Assembly (NCBI GenBank): GCA_964035545.1
Contig: OZ037766.1
Coordinates: forward strand, 24,048,126-24,112,125
Direction: 5' to 3'
Length of the DNA: 64,000 nucleotides
DNA from: Bugula neritina
Lineage: Eukaryota > Animalia > Bryozoa
Made by a program: the position numbers and the translations under genes. This document shows positions 1 to 14,099 of the stretch, piece after piece (positions within the stretch are counted from its first letter, which is position 1; each line of letters starts with the position of its first letter). Below the pieces are notes generated by a model that was not told where the DNA came from, searched no databases, and saw only the letters and a list, made by a program, of their open reading frames with translations.

Positions 1-394
1 AGGTTGGTGGGAAAAGCAGGGCCGCAATGAAAAACTGCAGCAGAGATGCAATGACGGTGCAAGAGATTTGGCAGTGCTGAAAGAAGGGCAACCAGTTTTG
101 GTTCGAGACTGGAGTCAGCACCGGAGAAAATGGCAGGAGGCGCAAATTAACAAACAATTGAGTAGCAGAGCCTATGCCATACAACTTAACAACAACCTCT
201 TTCGGAGAAACCGGCGAGACATCAGACCACTCGTCACGGAGCCAGCGAGTCCTGAGACACCAAAGGATCCTAAACAAAACGCTAGTAGTACCCAGGTTGA
301 CACCACCGAGAGCGCCAATCATAGCGACAATCTAAGACGTTCAACCAGAGAACGGAAGCCACCTAGTTGGATGGCAGACTATGTGCCCTCTTAA
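1..394 (+). mobile_element. 3' end of Gypsy/Ty3-like LTR retrotransposon pol (integrase C-terminal region), truncated by window start
   Basis: ORF has LKEGQPVLVRD..W....I....SSRAY.I......RRNRRDIR and ends in RRSTRERKPPSWMADYV, typical of Gypsy pol C-termini. Confidence 0.8.
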
Positions 395-435
395 AACAAT
401 CATATCTAAATAGCTTTTTTCTATTCTGTGGGAGA

Positions 436-660
436 TGTTCGGTGTTCATGTAAACATTTATTTCTAATTTGTTATTTTATTATTTTACTATTTTTTGTCA
501 TAATCTTAATAATTAATTGTATCACTTATTGTAATAGTTTTAGTATTTTCGTGTATATATATTGTGGTAATAAATCACGGCTTCGGCCTCTTACGTTTAT
601 CAACTAACTCGAGCACGTTCTGTCTTTTCACGATAGCTGAAATAATATCACAAATCAACA
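436..660 (+). mobile_element. Probable 3' LTR of the Gypsy element
   Basis: Short purine run GGGAGA directly before TGTT at 436; AATAAA at 569; ends ...AACA at 660 (or 667); right boundary uncertain. Confidence 0.5.
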
Positions 661-1243
661 TAAAACACGGGTACCTATGGTTCCAATCTGAATCACAGTT
701 ACTGAGTGTCCCGTAGCATGGCAGTTCAATTTAATAAAGTTAAAGTGAAAGCGAAAGTCGTAATTATAACACAAGGCCAAATTGTTCTTGAAACTTATGC
801 GCTCATAGAGTTATCTTCTCAGTATTGCAAATAGTGCGGCTGACCCAAACAACTTCCATAATAGTTTTATCGAAGTTTAATGTAAAAATTATTTAAATTA
901 TGATATAATAACAGATTGAACAACTAGAGCAGTATAATAATATAGAGCTCCTCAACTACTTCAAATTGGCATCATGTCATTTAGATGGCTACTAATAACT
1001 GATGGATGAGAGCATGAAGTTGTTTCCCCTAAGAAAATAGATCTATGGCTGAGAGCCTCAGCGTATCCTCGCAATAGCGGTTTCAATTAAAACCCTTTTA
1101 ACATAATTCCTGTTAAATGAAAATGCCTCACTTCAGCTTGTTCAGCCTCTAGTTGAAAAATTTGAATTTGTTCAAGCTATTAAAAGTTATGATCGAGTTG
1201 GAGTTATAGCTAGGCAATTGTTAGCCAGATTGATGAATGTTTC

Positions 1244-1380
1244 AGACGATGGATTTGAATTTTTAAAGGCATTCGATCACACTTTGAAAGACCTAATATT
1301 TATTATTATAAAATATAAGGTCATTCAAATTGTGATACTGATCGAATGCCTTTAAAAATTTAAATTGAAGTCCATCGTCT
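1244..1380. repeat. Imperfect ~140-bp palindrome (MITE-like hairpin)
   Basis: AGACGATGGA..TTTTTAAAGGCATTCGATCA..TTTGAAAGACCT mirrored by AGGTCATTCAAA..TGATCGAATGCCTTTAAAAA..TCCATCGTCT. Confidence 0.7.
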
Positions 1381-2001
1381 ATAAGTATAAGGCTTATAGT
1401 TTCCGTTTGTTTACTTTATTTTTATTTTGATTACCAATTAATTATAATGAATTAATATTATAATTCAAATTATGATTATCAATATCATTTTGATTATGAT
1501 TAAAAGTAAAAGTAATTAAAATGTACATTTCTTGCAAGAAATAATGGCACACTTGACTTTGTCAATCGCATTGACAATCACAATGAGTATGACTACGACA
1601 ATCACAATTACAATGTGAAACTGAATGTCTTGGAAGGTTTATTTCCGATGCCCTTTTAGAAGATGACAACAGGTCTGGATTCATTCAGTCAACTGCAAGT
1701 ACTTCAATTTAAAATTTAACTGGCAATGACAAGAGTCAGTGACAAGAGTTTCTGTAGTCTCAGTTTTATTTATAATGAATAAGCAATTATGATAATGCAT
1801 TTATTTTTACTTTTGATGATTTTATGTTTTGAAAAGTTTAAATTACCAAAATGTTAGTCTTAGAACTAGAAGTAGAACTATTAGTAGCCTAATGCACAAT
1901 TTTTACTTTAGCTTTGGGGCTTGGCAAGATGCATTAAGATGAACTTGTTTAACTTGATGTAAATTACCAGTTAATCTTGCATCGAGTATTTAAAACTGTA
2001 A

Positions 2002-2300
2002 TGTTATACTGGAATAGATTTTTAGGGCCCGAAGTTCCGGGTGCCCAATTCGACCCGAAATCGGATGGAATATTCTAGAAGTTAGAGCGATTTCTAGAGT
2101 ATAAAGGGGCGAGCTCGCCAGTGTAGATTCAGTCAACTACTGGAGTTTGAGGAGGACACATCTTGTACATAGACTACTATACCTTTTTCTAGGAGGATGT
2201 CTCAATAAAGCTTTTCTACACACCTGGAATTGTCTTCTCTTTCTTTTGTAAAGAGTTATGTTCACCAGTTAATATCTTGCCAACCCACAAAATTATCACA
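2002..2300 (+). mobile_element. Possible solo LTR
   Basis: GC-richer ~300-bp island with TG...CA ends, TATAAA at ~2100 and AATAAA at ~2204; no clear target-site duplication. Confidence 0.35.
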
Positions 2301-2657
2301 ATACATATTCTTATTAGCAAATTACGCAACGTTATTTTAACATTCAGGATAAAAATTTCTAAATTTTACTTTAAATGCAATGGAAGGTATTTAAGATTAA
2401 CTTTAATCATTATTCTTTACTGTTTATGGATAGTTCATTTTAATTAACATGATGATTACTAATACAGAAGCAGTTTTTGTAGAATCTTTAATGTTATTAA
2501 AATTATTCATGAACATTTAACAACCATCTGTATTCCACATATCACCAGTATGGAGCAGAAACTATGTACTACCTGCTACACCAACCTAAGAACTGTTAAT
2601 GTATTTTAAAATTTTAGCAAGTCAAGTCTTGTTTCAACTCGATATAGAATCACAGAT

Positions 2658-4061
2658 ATGCCATACATCCTTATTACTTGTGCTATTCGCCTGGTAAGTC
2701 TCCCTTCCTGTGATTCTGATTGTTCTTATGTCAAAACTTTGATGTCACACAGTATTTTCAATTCAGAATTTAATATAATAGCTAAAACTTTTTTTTTTCT
2801 TTTGTATAACTAATTTCGTTCCTCATAAGGCCGAACATCGAATATAGCAAATAAAATTTCAATGCCAGCTTACACTATGGGCAAATTGATAACTTTCAAT
2901 AATCAGTTTATATAAAACTATTGAATTTGATCTTTTATTTAATATTTTTGAAATAATTTGAAAAGAAATATACAGCTGCTCAAACTGCTAGCATGTTTTG
3001 GATTTTATAAATGTCCTGTAAAGTGGATAGTCAGTATAGCTGAGTGGTTAGAATACATGTCTAGTAGACAAAAAGTCATAAGTTCAATCCTCATTGGTGG
3101 TTTGATCATTTGCATTTTACTATTTATTTCTATATTAAATGAAATAATGTTTTGCATCATAGCTCATAAAATGATACTGTGTGTGTTAGATTACCACAAT
3201 GTAATAGTATGTCTTACCAGTGATAAAGCTGTTAGATGAAAAGAGAGCGTTCACTCAATTCGTCTGGGTTTTATCTGTGTTAGCTTGTAGCTATCTTAGC
3301 TATACGGTGGCTGGTAGGGCAACTCCTAGTAACACGATAGCTCACGTATCTGATAAGCTATTGTCATTAGCTAAACTCTCAGCGTGCCACTATAACAGTG
3401 TGTGTATTCTACAGTTTTGTGTGATGTCAAATCCTAGTTAGAAGTCTACACTTAATCTTATTTTGGGATTTTGTTTGTGGGTTCATAGATGACTGGACCT
3501 ACTTATGTAGGAGATGAATACAGTGATCCAGATCTGATGGAGAAACTTGGTGCAAAGCTCATTAAACAGCCAGGCAATAACTAGTACGTAGGCTCCTTGC
3601 TTGGTAATTAGTCTCAAACAAATATTCTTGGCCATTTTGTATCTCATAATAAAAGTATCAGCTTCAGCAAGAAGGTGTGGCCATTTCACTATTTATTATC
3701 TAACTCCACTTTACTCATTATCTTTTCATTGTGGTTTGTGCGTGTAATTATGAAACATGATATTGTCCTTGATAGATATAGAGAGGTAGCTTTGTGGATA
3801 TATTTAATTTATGAATTATACACTTTCTTACAATAATTACATTTATATCGGCAGCTGATGTAATGACATCAAGCTTATATTGGGTGTAAATATTTAGTGT
3901 TGTGTTTATTCAGTGATTCCAATATCATTTTTTTCAGTTCTGAATGGAAGTGTGAAGAGCCACCTCGCGTTATTCTGGACAAACTTGATGTCGAAGGCTT
4001 CACATTGGTCAGCTCTACTGGCATAGGACAGACGTGTATCTGGACCTTGTATAAATCTTAG
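2658..4061 (+). CDS. GCHFR: GTP cyclohydrolase I feedback regulatory protein (GFRP), 84 aa, 3 coding exons
   Basis: Exons 2658-2693, 3489-3583, 3938-4061 with GT-AG introns give MPYILITCAIRLMTGPTYVGDEYSDPDLMEKLGAKLIKQPGNNYSEWKCEEPPRVILDKLDVEGFTLVSSTGIGQTCIWTLYKS; GFRP motifs GPT.VGDE.SDP.LM, PPR.ILDKL, TG.GQT..W.L. Not in the ORF track. Confidence 0.95.
3030..3101 (+). pseudogene. Degenerate tRNA-Thr(AGT)-like sequence or SINE head in GCHFR intron 1
   Basis: A-box-like TAGCTGAGTGG, anticodon arm TGTCT-AGT-AGACA, B-box-like AGTTCAATCC; acceptor and T stems pair poorly. Confidence 0.55.
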
Positions 4062-4666
4062 CCATGACTAATCAAACATCCAATTGTTTTAGTGACAGGT
4101 GCTATGAACCAGAAAATGTTGTTGAATTTGGTACTTTGTATTAGGGTTGGTGTAAGGTTTAGCTAGTGAAATTTTTTAGACTTTGTTCAATGTAAATACG
4201 TATTTTTCGGTCACATTTATTGTTATATGTGTGTTATTTAAAAGTATATAATATGCAGAAGTATTTGCAAGTAATGAATCAACATATTAGAGACACCGTG
4301 TGTGATTCTGGTGCTGATTTGATGTTACGTAACCTATATGCTTTTATGTGTCCTTAGAAGAGAATTTTGGATTTTTGGTCAATTTTATAATCAAGGTTCT
4401 GGGTGCTAATGAAATTATTCTTTTAGTCATCTTTGTTTTCTTTTATTTGTATAATAAAATATATTTATGTAGCTGTTTAGCAAAGCTCAGCAAGCCTAAA
4501 AATTCAATGATCTACATTCATGTACCTACTATTAGCACTTAGCAGTAAAACTTTCACAAACATCAAATTAGGTGACAGTAGCAAAATTAAGACTCTTAAA
4601 TGATCTGCTTATCAATCTTTTCTTTTTACACTTTCATAAGTTGTTTCCATAGCGACCTAGCTACAA

Positions 4667-7600
4667 CTATTTTGATGGGCCATCCATGACTTTCTTTATG
4701 AAATCTAAAAGATATAAATTTTTTATTGGTAATGATCAAGCATTAGCAATAACTGCGCCAAATGAATTCGCCTTAGCTTTGAGTGTAACTCATGCTTTCT
4801 ACAAGTGAAAAAAAATTTTCTTTCCAGCAATAATCTACATATCTAGTAAAAAAAGATCATCACTAAAATGATTGAAGATCATGCTACACAAGAGATTTCC
4901 CACAAACTCCAATTATATTCATAATGAAATTTGCATACATGTTTTAGCATGCTTCGCTGTTGGAGTTCAGTTGAAAAGAAAACGATGTTCATACACTGTA
5001 GCATTTTGCTGCCATTTTAGTAGAATATAAAAGTTTATTGAGAGTTATGCTCACCTTCAAATTTAATATTTCCATCCAAGTCTTCCTGGGTATCGGTTGA
5101 CTTCATGATTTCATCAACTTCTTCATCTGTAAGTCTGTCTCCTATAAAAACGATAACAGAGTTAGTTTTCCCTGTTTCAATATAAAACTTGAACTACATT
5201 TATATCATGCCTACACTAAACGAGAATACATATATATATGGATCGATAATACAAGTATAATAGTAAAGCATACAATATGCACTCGAATACCTACATATAA
5301 GAATTATAACTGTCTATATAAATACATAAAAATTAATCACAATAATATACCACACAAGCCTGCCCACACACCACACCACTGCTCTTTACCACTCCACACT
5401 AAAATATTGAACCAATCAAAGAGTGAGTTAAAAACCAAGACTAAATACATGCGCCTTCTAAGCATGCAACTAGTAATATAATTGCGTACAGTTATATTAT
5501 TGTGTGTCATCACAAAGTAGTCACATAAATAATTATAATATCAAACATTTACCCATGGCAGACAGGAAATGGCGGACTTCTGCGAGAGACACATAACCTT
5601 GACCTTCCCGGTCAAATGTTTTGAAGGCTTCCATAAAATCAGCAAAGGTGCCAGCATCTTTCGCTGCCAGCACGTCCTGGTATATTGGCATCAGCTCATC
5701 CAGCTTATATTGCTTTTCCCCTGATGAAGTGCAGTTCATAAAGCTTATAAGTTAGGGATGCAAAAAGTGAGGTGCATATTTTAGCAGTTATATAGCAGTT
5801 TTTCCATTGTTAGAGGTGATCCAAGATAAAAAAATTTACAGTTTTTTTTATCTATAAATTGCAATAATATTACATATTTGAGCTTAACACAGAGTTGAAG
5901 CCAAAGTGCTCTAAATCTAGTTTTTATGTCACTCTTATTATATTCTGTGAATCATGTAAAAAATGTTCAATAAAACAATCATAATGACAAACATTCTCAC
6001 CCATCTTTTTGCATCCGCCACTTTTTAATATTTGCTCTTCTGTAGGGTTTAGCCCGAGAGATCGGAGAAAATCCCCAACTTTGGCAGCATCCACTAAACC
6101 ATCCCGACCATCCCAGAAGTCGAAAAGATCAAATACTTCTTTGCAATCTATGCAAACAGTGTTATATTATAAAAAAGAAGTATACCTATTAGAAAAAAAG
6201 GAAAAAATTATTTGTGAGAAGACGATCCATAATTTGATGTAAGTAAAACTACAAAAATGCTTATTGGCTATGGCTCTGTTGAAAATACATTAAAGTCTTC
6301 TGAAACATTGGTAAGATTGTGAAATCATGACCATGCATGCACTCATCTTGTATCAAAGCAGTAATTCATCAATCAACTCTCGATTATTTTAATATAATAC
6401 TCTATTGTTTATATGGACTATATAAATAAGTATAAATAATAAGTCATGCATGTCTAGCTTAAATTAAATTAAATTTATGACTCATATAAGTATGTGCTGT
6501 GGCATATAATAATTCTAAGCATTCCAAAAGTCATCAATAAAAGTTAACCATTTACTTTTGCTACAAAATGTTTGGAGAGTTACGATAGTATAAAACACGA
6601 TGTATCATTTGCAGTTTATTATTAGCTAATTATTAATTTCATCAACAGCAAAGCACATGAAATATTACACACTATTCTATAACATATTATAATGGAGCAC
6701 TACATTCTGTAGACTACATACCTTCTACTTCATCTTCAGAAAGCTTTGCCTGAAATATAAATAGACAATTGAATAAATAATTAACCTTACATGGTCCAAA
6801 TATTCACACTGTGCATGTGCACTTGAGAAGTGGACTTAATTACATACCAAAGAGATGATTACATAATTTGGTATATAAAGTGTATCTTATCAAACATGGT
6901 GCTTACATGTGCTTACAGTGTGTTGCATTGTAAATGAGTTGTTACTACAAATAAGTACAAGTAAACTATAATATACACCATGTGATAATGGCACATATTA
7001 ATTATAACAGTGTAAAATTCTGTGTGCAAGCTGTTACAATTTGCATGGAGGCCGTAATTATTTCAAGTGGTACTAACATATTTTAATGAATATCAAAATT
7101 GAAATAATTGTAGTCTGATAACTTTTAGTACAAATTAAAGTCTTTGTTTTATTCACAGCCATCATCATTATTACCAACATATTATTCAATATTTTTTTAA
7201 TTTATGAATGCCACCAACTGCTAAGTTAGTGTCACTGGTGGCCATTATAATGGACAAATAAAATAAATTTGAAAGTGTATAAATTTTGTTCAGAAACATA
7301 AATTTCAAGATAGCGTCTCAGAAAGCTCAAATATTTAGAATATAAAACAAAAAATGTCTTTCTTATTTTTATAAGCCTTGCATGTATAGAAGCATAAAAT
7401 AATTTCATTTGCTTTTTAGCAAAAAGATAGAATAAACTACTGATGAAATTTATAAATTGAATTTGTTTAGAGCTTTACAAAAATATGCAGCAAAAATACT
7501 CTTTTCAAGCATGCCACACTTGTCTTGCAGCTTACGAGTAATGTAACTGCAAATTAAGATGTTTCCAAACATCTATCTGTTGAAGTAAAAATTAGAAATT

Positions 7601-8212
7601 TAAATGGTAGCAGAAAATAATCGGTAAATTTGATGTCAAAATTGCTTAACAGATAGATTGTCATCATTAGTTTACTTATTGTCCAGGGTGGCAAAGTGAA
7701 TATTAAGTTTTATAGGAGTTCAATTCAAAAAGAGAGATGTAAATGTATCTAAGTAAGTCAAGGTCAAGTCAAGGTCAAGAGAAGTCAAAATGAAACAATT
7801 GATAATTCAAAATTTGTAAATATAGTGCATAATTACTGTTTAGTTAATTAGCTATGATTGCCTAATAAATAATAATAATGAGAAATAAGTTAAAACCATG
7901 ATTTCTGTAATTAAGAATATGACTTTCCAAATTAACTCAATTAGACGTATAATATTATACTGGGTAACTAATGCCCAAAGCCTTGAAAACTTTAACTGGT
8001 ATATTTTTCGTGAAGCAAAGACAGCTGTGCTACTAAATATCAACAGCTAATCACTAGCCTTACATGCAGCTCAATATATCAATAAAAAAGATGAAAAATT
8101 AATAATTTAGTTTATTGTTTTTATAATGAAAGTCTGCAGTATCAAATGCAACGTCACATATAAACAATTGCTTTGCATTGATCTAACAATATCCCTACAA
8201 CCAACTTACCAT
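4667..8212 (-). CDS. Myosin essential light chain, molluscan/lophotrochozoan type, 156 aa, 6 coding exons
   Basis: Exons 8212-8210 (ATG only), 6749-6722, 6147-6001, 5720-5553, 5141-5055, 4704-4667; MAKLSEDEVEDCKEVFDLFDFWDGRDGLVDAAKVGD...GTFADFMEAFKTFDREGQG...QEDLDGNIKFEDFIKKVMDGPSK; phases consistent. Confidence 0.95.
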
Positions 8213-11134
8213 TTTGTGCCTTGCAAGCTATGCAGTGATTTGGACACTAATAGCGCTAGTCAGTACCAACACAATCTCTCACCCCAGCAGTAACTGTGTG
8301 AGCAGCACATAAACCAGGCATAAAATGCAGAAGATAAAGTATAAATGTATGTAGATACTCAGTGAACCAAGTTACTAATTAGCTCGTATAGCTAATCAAT
8401 TTCAACAGTCCTAAACGGTGCAGTCTAGGTTCATCAAGTTGGCAAGAAAACTTAAGGGTGGGTGAGTACATACTCAGCAACTACTTGGTAAAGTTAGGTC
8501 TAAGTTTTGCTTCAGAGAATGGCATTTGGGAAACATCATCTAACCTTTCAAGTGCAGATTATTTTAAACATAGTAGAAGGAATAAGTAGCTACATAAAGG
8601 GCACATTTTCTACTGTAACAAATACTACTAGCATGATATATACCTTCATAAACACCAGGTATATAGTAAACATATGGCCTTCTATTTTGTAGTTCACTGC
8701 ATATGCATGCATAATACTATACATAAAACAGTCCACAAGTTTAAAAACTACAAATCTATTAAACATCTTTGAAATTTTAACTTGACATAATGGAATTTAT
8801 CCCAGCTGGTAACATGCTATTATTGAGTTGGTTGAACCCACAATTCTCCCAGCATAACACTATTTAGGCATAGGCCTATAATTAAATAATAATTTATTAT
8901 ATAATGATACTATATCTATACACTATCATCAGGTTTGATTATAATTATATAGATGCTCATCCACCAATATGTCTATTTCTTATTTTTCTCAGCTATAGAC
9001 GACTGCAGTAATCCTGTACAGGTATAGCCATAATGTATAGTGCTTATACTGTTGAATTTTCCTCTAGAGTTTAGATGAATGGGGATATCATGGATTTAAA
9101 GAATTGTGACATAGTATAACCCTATGTAAGAAGCATATCATCATTGTAGAGTCTGTAGACCAAATCATGAATTGTAACGTCAAAACATCTAAAGCATCGC
9201 AACAGTCAAGTAATTACAGCTCAGGACATGAAGCTTGCTACTCAGTATGAAACTACAACTGCTTTATTCTACTACTCACTAACTATTTATACAATTGCAT
9301 GGACACATTATTATCCAATTCAATTTAATATCATTATAATATACTCCTTCTACATTTCAATGTGTGCTTCCACTAATTTTATTTTGTAGCAAAGAACAGA
9401 AAGTGATGGAAAACTTTCCATTATCAAACTGCTGCTGATGCCCCATTTATATAATTCAAATGTTCAGGCTTTTTCTTTGGTTATAAAGTATAATAAACAT
9501 AACATATTAAAGGTGGTATATGTTATTGGAAAATATTAAACAATTTTTGAGTAAATTATTTTTTAATACTTGAAGTTTAATCAAATGATTTCATATATAT
9601 ATAATGCAGCTATTGGTGGTGCATTGATATAACATAAAAGAAAAATGATGAATTGTTCAGCGTTTTAAACATTGAAGAAAAGACAGAGAGAGCGTTTCAG
9701 AAAAATAACAGTCTCATTATATAAATGTTGACCAGTTTTTTACCTTATATTTCATGAATTAGATTATAGGATCTAGCATAGAAAACTATAAAAATACAGA
9801 CAGAATATAATAAACTTGCTACCAACTTTATTATAGCTACTAATTATCAGGTTAGTATGCATTTTTATTACCTAGGAAATGTCAAGCCTGATGTATATTT
9901 TTACAGCAATACTTAGTTAACAGCACAAAAAGATATTTACAGGCCATTTCCTTTTATGTCTACGCCAACAAGGGTAATAATAAATAGAAATTAGCATGCC
10001 TTAAGTTTCTTTGGATGATAGTTTTTGCTACACCTACTGCACCATAGAACTGACTACCAAGTGAAACATATATATAGCCTATACAGGGGTGATTTTGGAT
10101 TCTCTATTTGTAGTTAGTTGTTCCTATGAGAGGCTAATTAGAAAATATTTGGATTCAACTAATTGTAAATATTCTTATACAATGTGGCTAGGTAAAAGCA
10201 GGTAGAAATGCCTGGGACTCCAAAGTTGCATTGCCACACTTTATAGGGTATAGCTATATGTTCATTTTTACAAAAGAATCTATAAACTAAGAGCTGATTA
10301 GTTTATTAGAGGAAAGTTACGAAATTTACTACTTATTCGTTTGGCAGGAAAACAAAATGAAATGATAAGTATGAAAAATAGTTGAAGTTACGCTTTATAA
10401 GTCATTGTTTATTTATCTGCCATTAGTTAGTTGGATAAACAGAATACACTATATTATTTCTACCTTCTAATTATAATGAGTCTGTTGATTATATAAAGGC
10501 TTTGTGATGATGTGAGTTTTTGAAATTCAAAGTACAGCAAGCTGTTGGCCTTTATGCAACAAATATGTGAGACATACATGTAATGGTTGTCTCTTAAAAA
10601 TACGTTATAATAGTACAAGCAAAATTTAAACCAAATTAGGCAATATGACTACGATGCAAAATTGAGTAAAGGTACAACACACAATATTAAAGCTATCTGT
10701 TGAAGACTAAACCAAATTTATTCTCTAAAACCCCAGTAAGGGAACACGGAAGAGCTTCACCTACTTGATGCCTTTTCAATGTAATATAAAATATAGTAAA
10801 TGAGGCCAACGTTGCACTCATATCATTTATTTTTATGACTAGGTATGTGGTATGCTTATAAAGAAATCAAAGTTTTGATAAACCATTTGCTAAGAAATGG
10901 CACATATTTGGTGAGAACATGCTAAATACACCGCACATGATTTCTGATAATGTATATGCAAAATCACATGCCGATTAAATAGCAGGAGTTGCTCTTTCAT
11001 AAAATGCGCAAACATTTCCTGCAGTGTTGATACTGCAATTTAGCCCTCTAGTTCATTATTATTGGTGCTATTTGGGTACACAGTTATTAAAGTTACATAT
11101 AATTATATATAAAATCACGATCTATAGTCTATAC

Positions 11135-11463
11135 CAGTAGTGTCCAAAATTTTCAAAGCAAGGGAATATTCTGGTAATGAGGGCCACATTGTAAACTTTA
11201 GCTTGATCACTGAGGGCCACAGTGTCAGTATTTTTCAAACTACTTTATTCCAAATTCCTATGAATCATTACACAATGAAGTCCCAATAGTTATTGCAGGT
11301 TTTGTAGCACGTATATAAATAGGGCACCTAAAAGGTGATTTTTCACTGTAATTCATATATGAGTGCAAAATAATTTTATTTGTTGTGTCTTTGAGGGCCA
11401 CATACATGTATATGTGGGCTGGGGGCCACATCCAGCCCTGGGGTCGTCTGTTGGACAGCCCTG
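11135..11463. mobile_element. hAT (Charlie-like) MITE, 329 bp
   Basis: TIRs CAGTAGTGTCCAA / TTGGACAGCCCTG; 8-bp target duplication GTCTATAC / GTCTATAT; internal GGGCCAC repeats. Confidence 0.85.
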
Positions 11464-11796
11464 GTCTATATCATTAAATAACAAGATGTTATTACAGAAA
11501 ATGAATTTTCTACTACTAGTACAGGGCTGTCATATGGTTAAATATGCAACTGAAGGCAGGCAAAATAAGACAAAATATAATATTTTATTGAATAAACGGG
11601 ATAGACAAAAACAGAGAAAGAAAGGGTTCAACATTCCGCTCTTACACAAGCTAGATGAAACAAAAACCTTATATATAAATTTTATACACTATTAACAGTA
11701 TGATACAATATCAGGTCAGATGTTGGTGCCCATGAAGAGTCAGCAAATAAGAGCCAGCAGCAGCAGTTGTCATGTCTACATGACTAGACATCAGCA

Positions 11797-12078
11797 TTAG
11801 GCGGTCCACTTCATACACCTAAAGAAATTGAACAAAATATAAATTTACATCACTGGAAGCAAAAGAACAAACACAAAATGTAAAATAAGGCATCTTTCTG
11901 GGTAGTATAACACAATGGTATGGAATACTCTAAGTATGTGCTCAAGCATTGTACAAATCGTAAACAAGAGGACTGTTTAACATTGTTATATTGAATATAA
12001 CAATGTATGTATATATGTATATATGTATATATATATACATATATACATATATATATATATTTATATATAAATATATAA

Positions 12079-12138
<60 letters not shown>

Positions 12139-13626
12139 TATATATATATATATATATATATACTATATATATTATATATAATATTATATATAGATATAAC
12201 ATTATATATTATATAATATTATATATAACTTTAACAACCTGGTGTCCCGGTGAGTCCCCAGACATTTAACTGAACAGTATCGAGCTCCGCAAGTCACGCA
12301 GCAGTAGTTTGAGAAGTATCCACACACTGCACAGAAAAGTCGGGGCGGGTATGTGGGTGAAGGAACTAAGCAAGTTAGAAAACTTGGGCCATCTTTCTTG
12401 AAAAGTTGCTACAATCAATAAACAAATAGACTTGATAAGCTATTGAAAATGAAACATCACAAATGGTGCATATGTAAAAGTAATTGTTCTTAGCAGACAT
12501 ACCTCCTCTTCAACCAGAGCTGCGAAATTCTTTTTGAGTCTGTATCTGAACGTTTCAGACCGGCTTTTTCTTTTCTTCTTTGCTATAAAAATCACACAAA
12601 ATTTTTAAAGCATATTTTATAACCGTATTCAGTAACAAGACATGATCATGCGCATTTACCTAAACAAAAGTTACTCATTAAAATACATACTACCAACTTT
12701 TAGCAAATCTGCTGGTAATAATGATATTTTAGTAATGCGTGAAACATTCAAAGACTGAAACAAGTATTTTTGTAATAGCCTAATAACAACTTGTGAGACC
12801 TTGCCATATTGGTAACCTTGGTTACAGGACAATGTAAACATAGACCTGCACTTACAGAGAGGTTGGTCTATGGACTCATCAAACTTAGGTGCCTTCTTGT
12901 TTATCTTTAGATCCGCATGAGGATCATCCTGATAATTGTCTTGGTCAAGAGCCTCAATGGCTTTCCTGAGACGCCGCTGTCTAGAGGCATAGTCAACTAC
13001 TCTCCGAGATGACAACTCTTTTTGCCTCCCTAAATAAGAGATCAAGTTTAAACAAAAGCTTGTGACCACAAAATTTTTTATTAAAAAGCAAAATTTCGTG
13101 TAACATATTATTATATTTTATTAAATAACTCAGGCCGAGCTATTGATTTTAAGAAGTAACTACCAAAATAACATTGTGTAAGTTCGAAGCAGCTCGGCTT
13201 TCAGTTGGAGCTAAACTTCTACAACTACGAAATTGAGATGAAAGATAAATGTAGAGAGCTTTGGAAAGACAAGACCAGCAATGACAAGCAGTACATCATT
13301 ATTTCAGGAATTGCAGGTATATGATATATCAAGATGACTAATAACTTTATTAGTAGAGATACAATTTGTTTGTTGCTTTGGGAAAAACAACTGGTACATG
13401 CAAGCAATGAAGTCTATTGTTCTGTTATGATGTAACACTTCCAATTTTGAAATACCAAACTCATCACTCAGGGCATTCATTTCTCACTATGCCTACATTT
13501 GCATATGAACAGTAAACGGTCAATAACACATAATCTTTATAAGGTTTTCACAATAACATCCAAGAGACAAATGTATGATTAAAGAATAGAAGCAAATTAC
13601 TTGCCTGATTCTCTTTTATCAGCCAT
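11797..13626 (-). CDS. ZNHIT1: Zinc finger HIT domain protein 1 (Vps71/SWC6, SRCAP/SWR1 subunit), 155 aa, 5 coding exons
   Basis: Exons 13626-13605 (GC donor), 13029-12856, 12582-12503, 12408-12239, 11818-11797; [70 protein letters not shown]. Confidence 0.95.
12005..12225. repeat. (TA)n-rich microsatellite in ZNHIT1 last intron
   Basis: Directly visible. Confidence 0.95.
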
Positions 13627-14099
13627 GACCAACTCCAACAGTAATTAACCTAAAATTAGTTTGATTGAAAAATGTGAATAATAATGGTACAACAAACTGA
13701 ACATTATTCAATACCATTGCTAATAAAAAAATTCAATGTATTGATGCAGTGACATTGACAACCTTAGTCTAGTTAGGTCGACTACATGCTGAAACTTGCA
13801 TACAATACAAAGCAAACATCAGTTGACTTTAATTCAATAAAACTATAAACACTTTCATAAGCATTGGCTTTTATCATAAACCATAAATTGATGTGTTTTT
13901 ACAGATTTCAAGTTAATATAAAGGCGTGATTTTGCAATGAAACATAAAAAGAACATTTCAAAATACAATACCAAACCCTTGAACATGTATACTTGAATGA
14001 AATAGATTAGAAAGTCTAGTGGGAATTTCATAATCAAAATTCGAATTTCTTGCAGCTGCATTGTTGGCTATGTTTAGGTAAGCAATTGAAAGTGTAGTT

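Noticed and set aside
3030-3101. Functional tRNA-Thr gene, also considered for 31240-31170
   Set aside because: Acceptor and T stems do not pair properly; the 31-kb copy continues into a repeat body, so pseudogene or SINE fits better
11942-12202. YIYIYI ORF, also at 25297-25665
   Set aside because: (TA)n microsatellite translations
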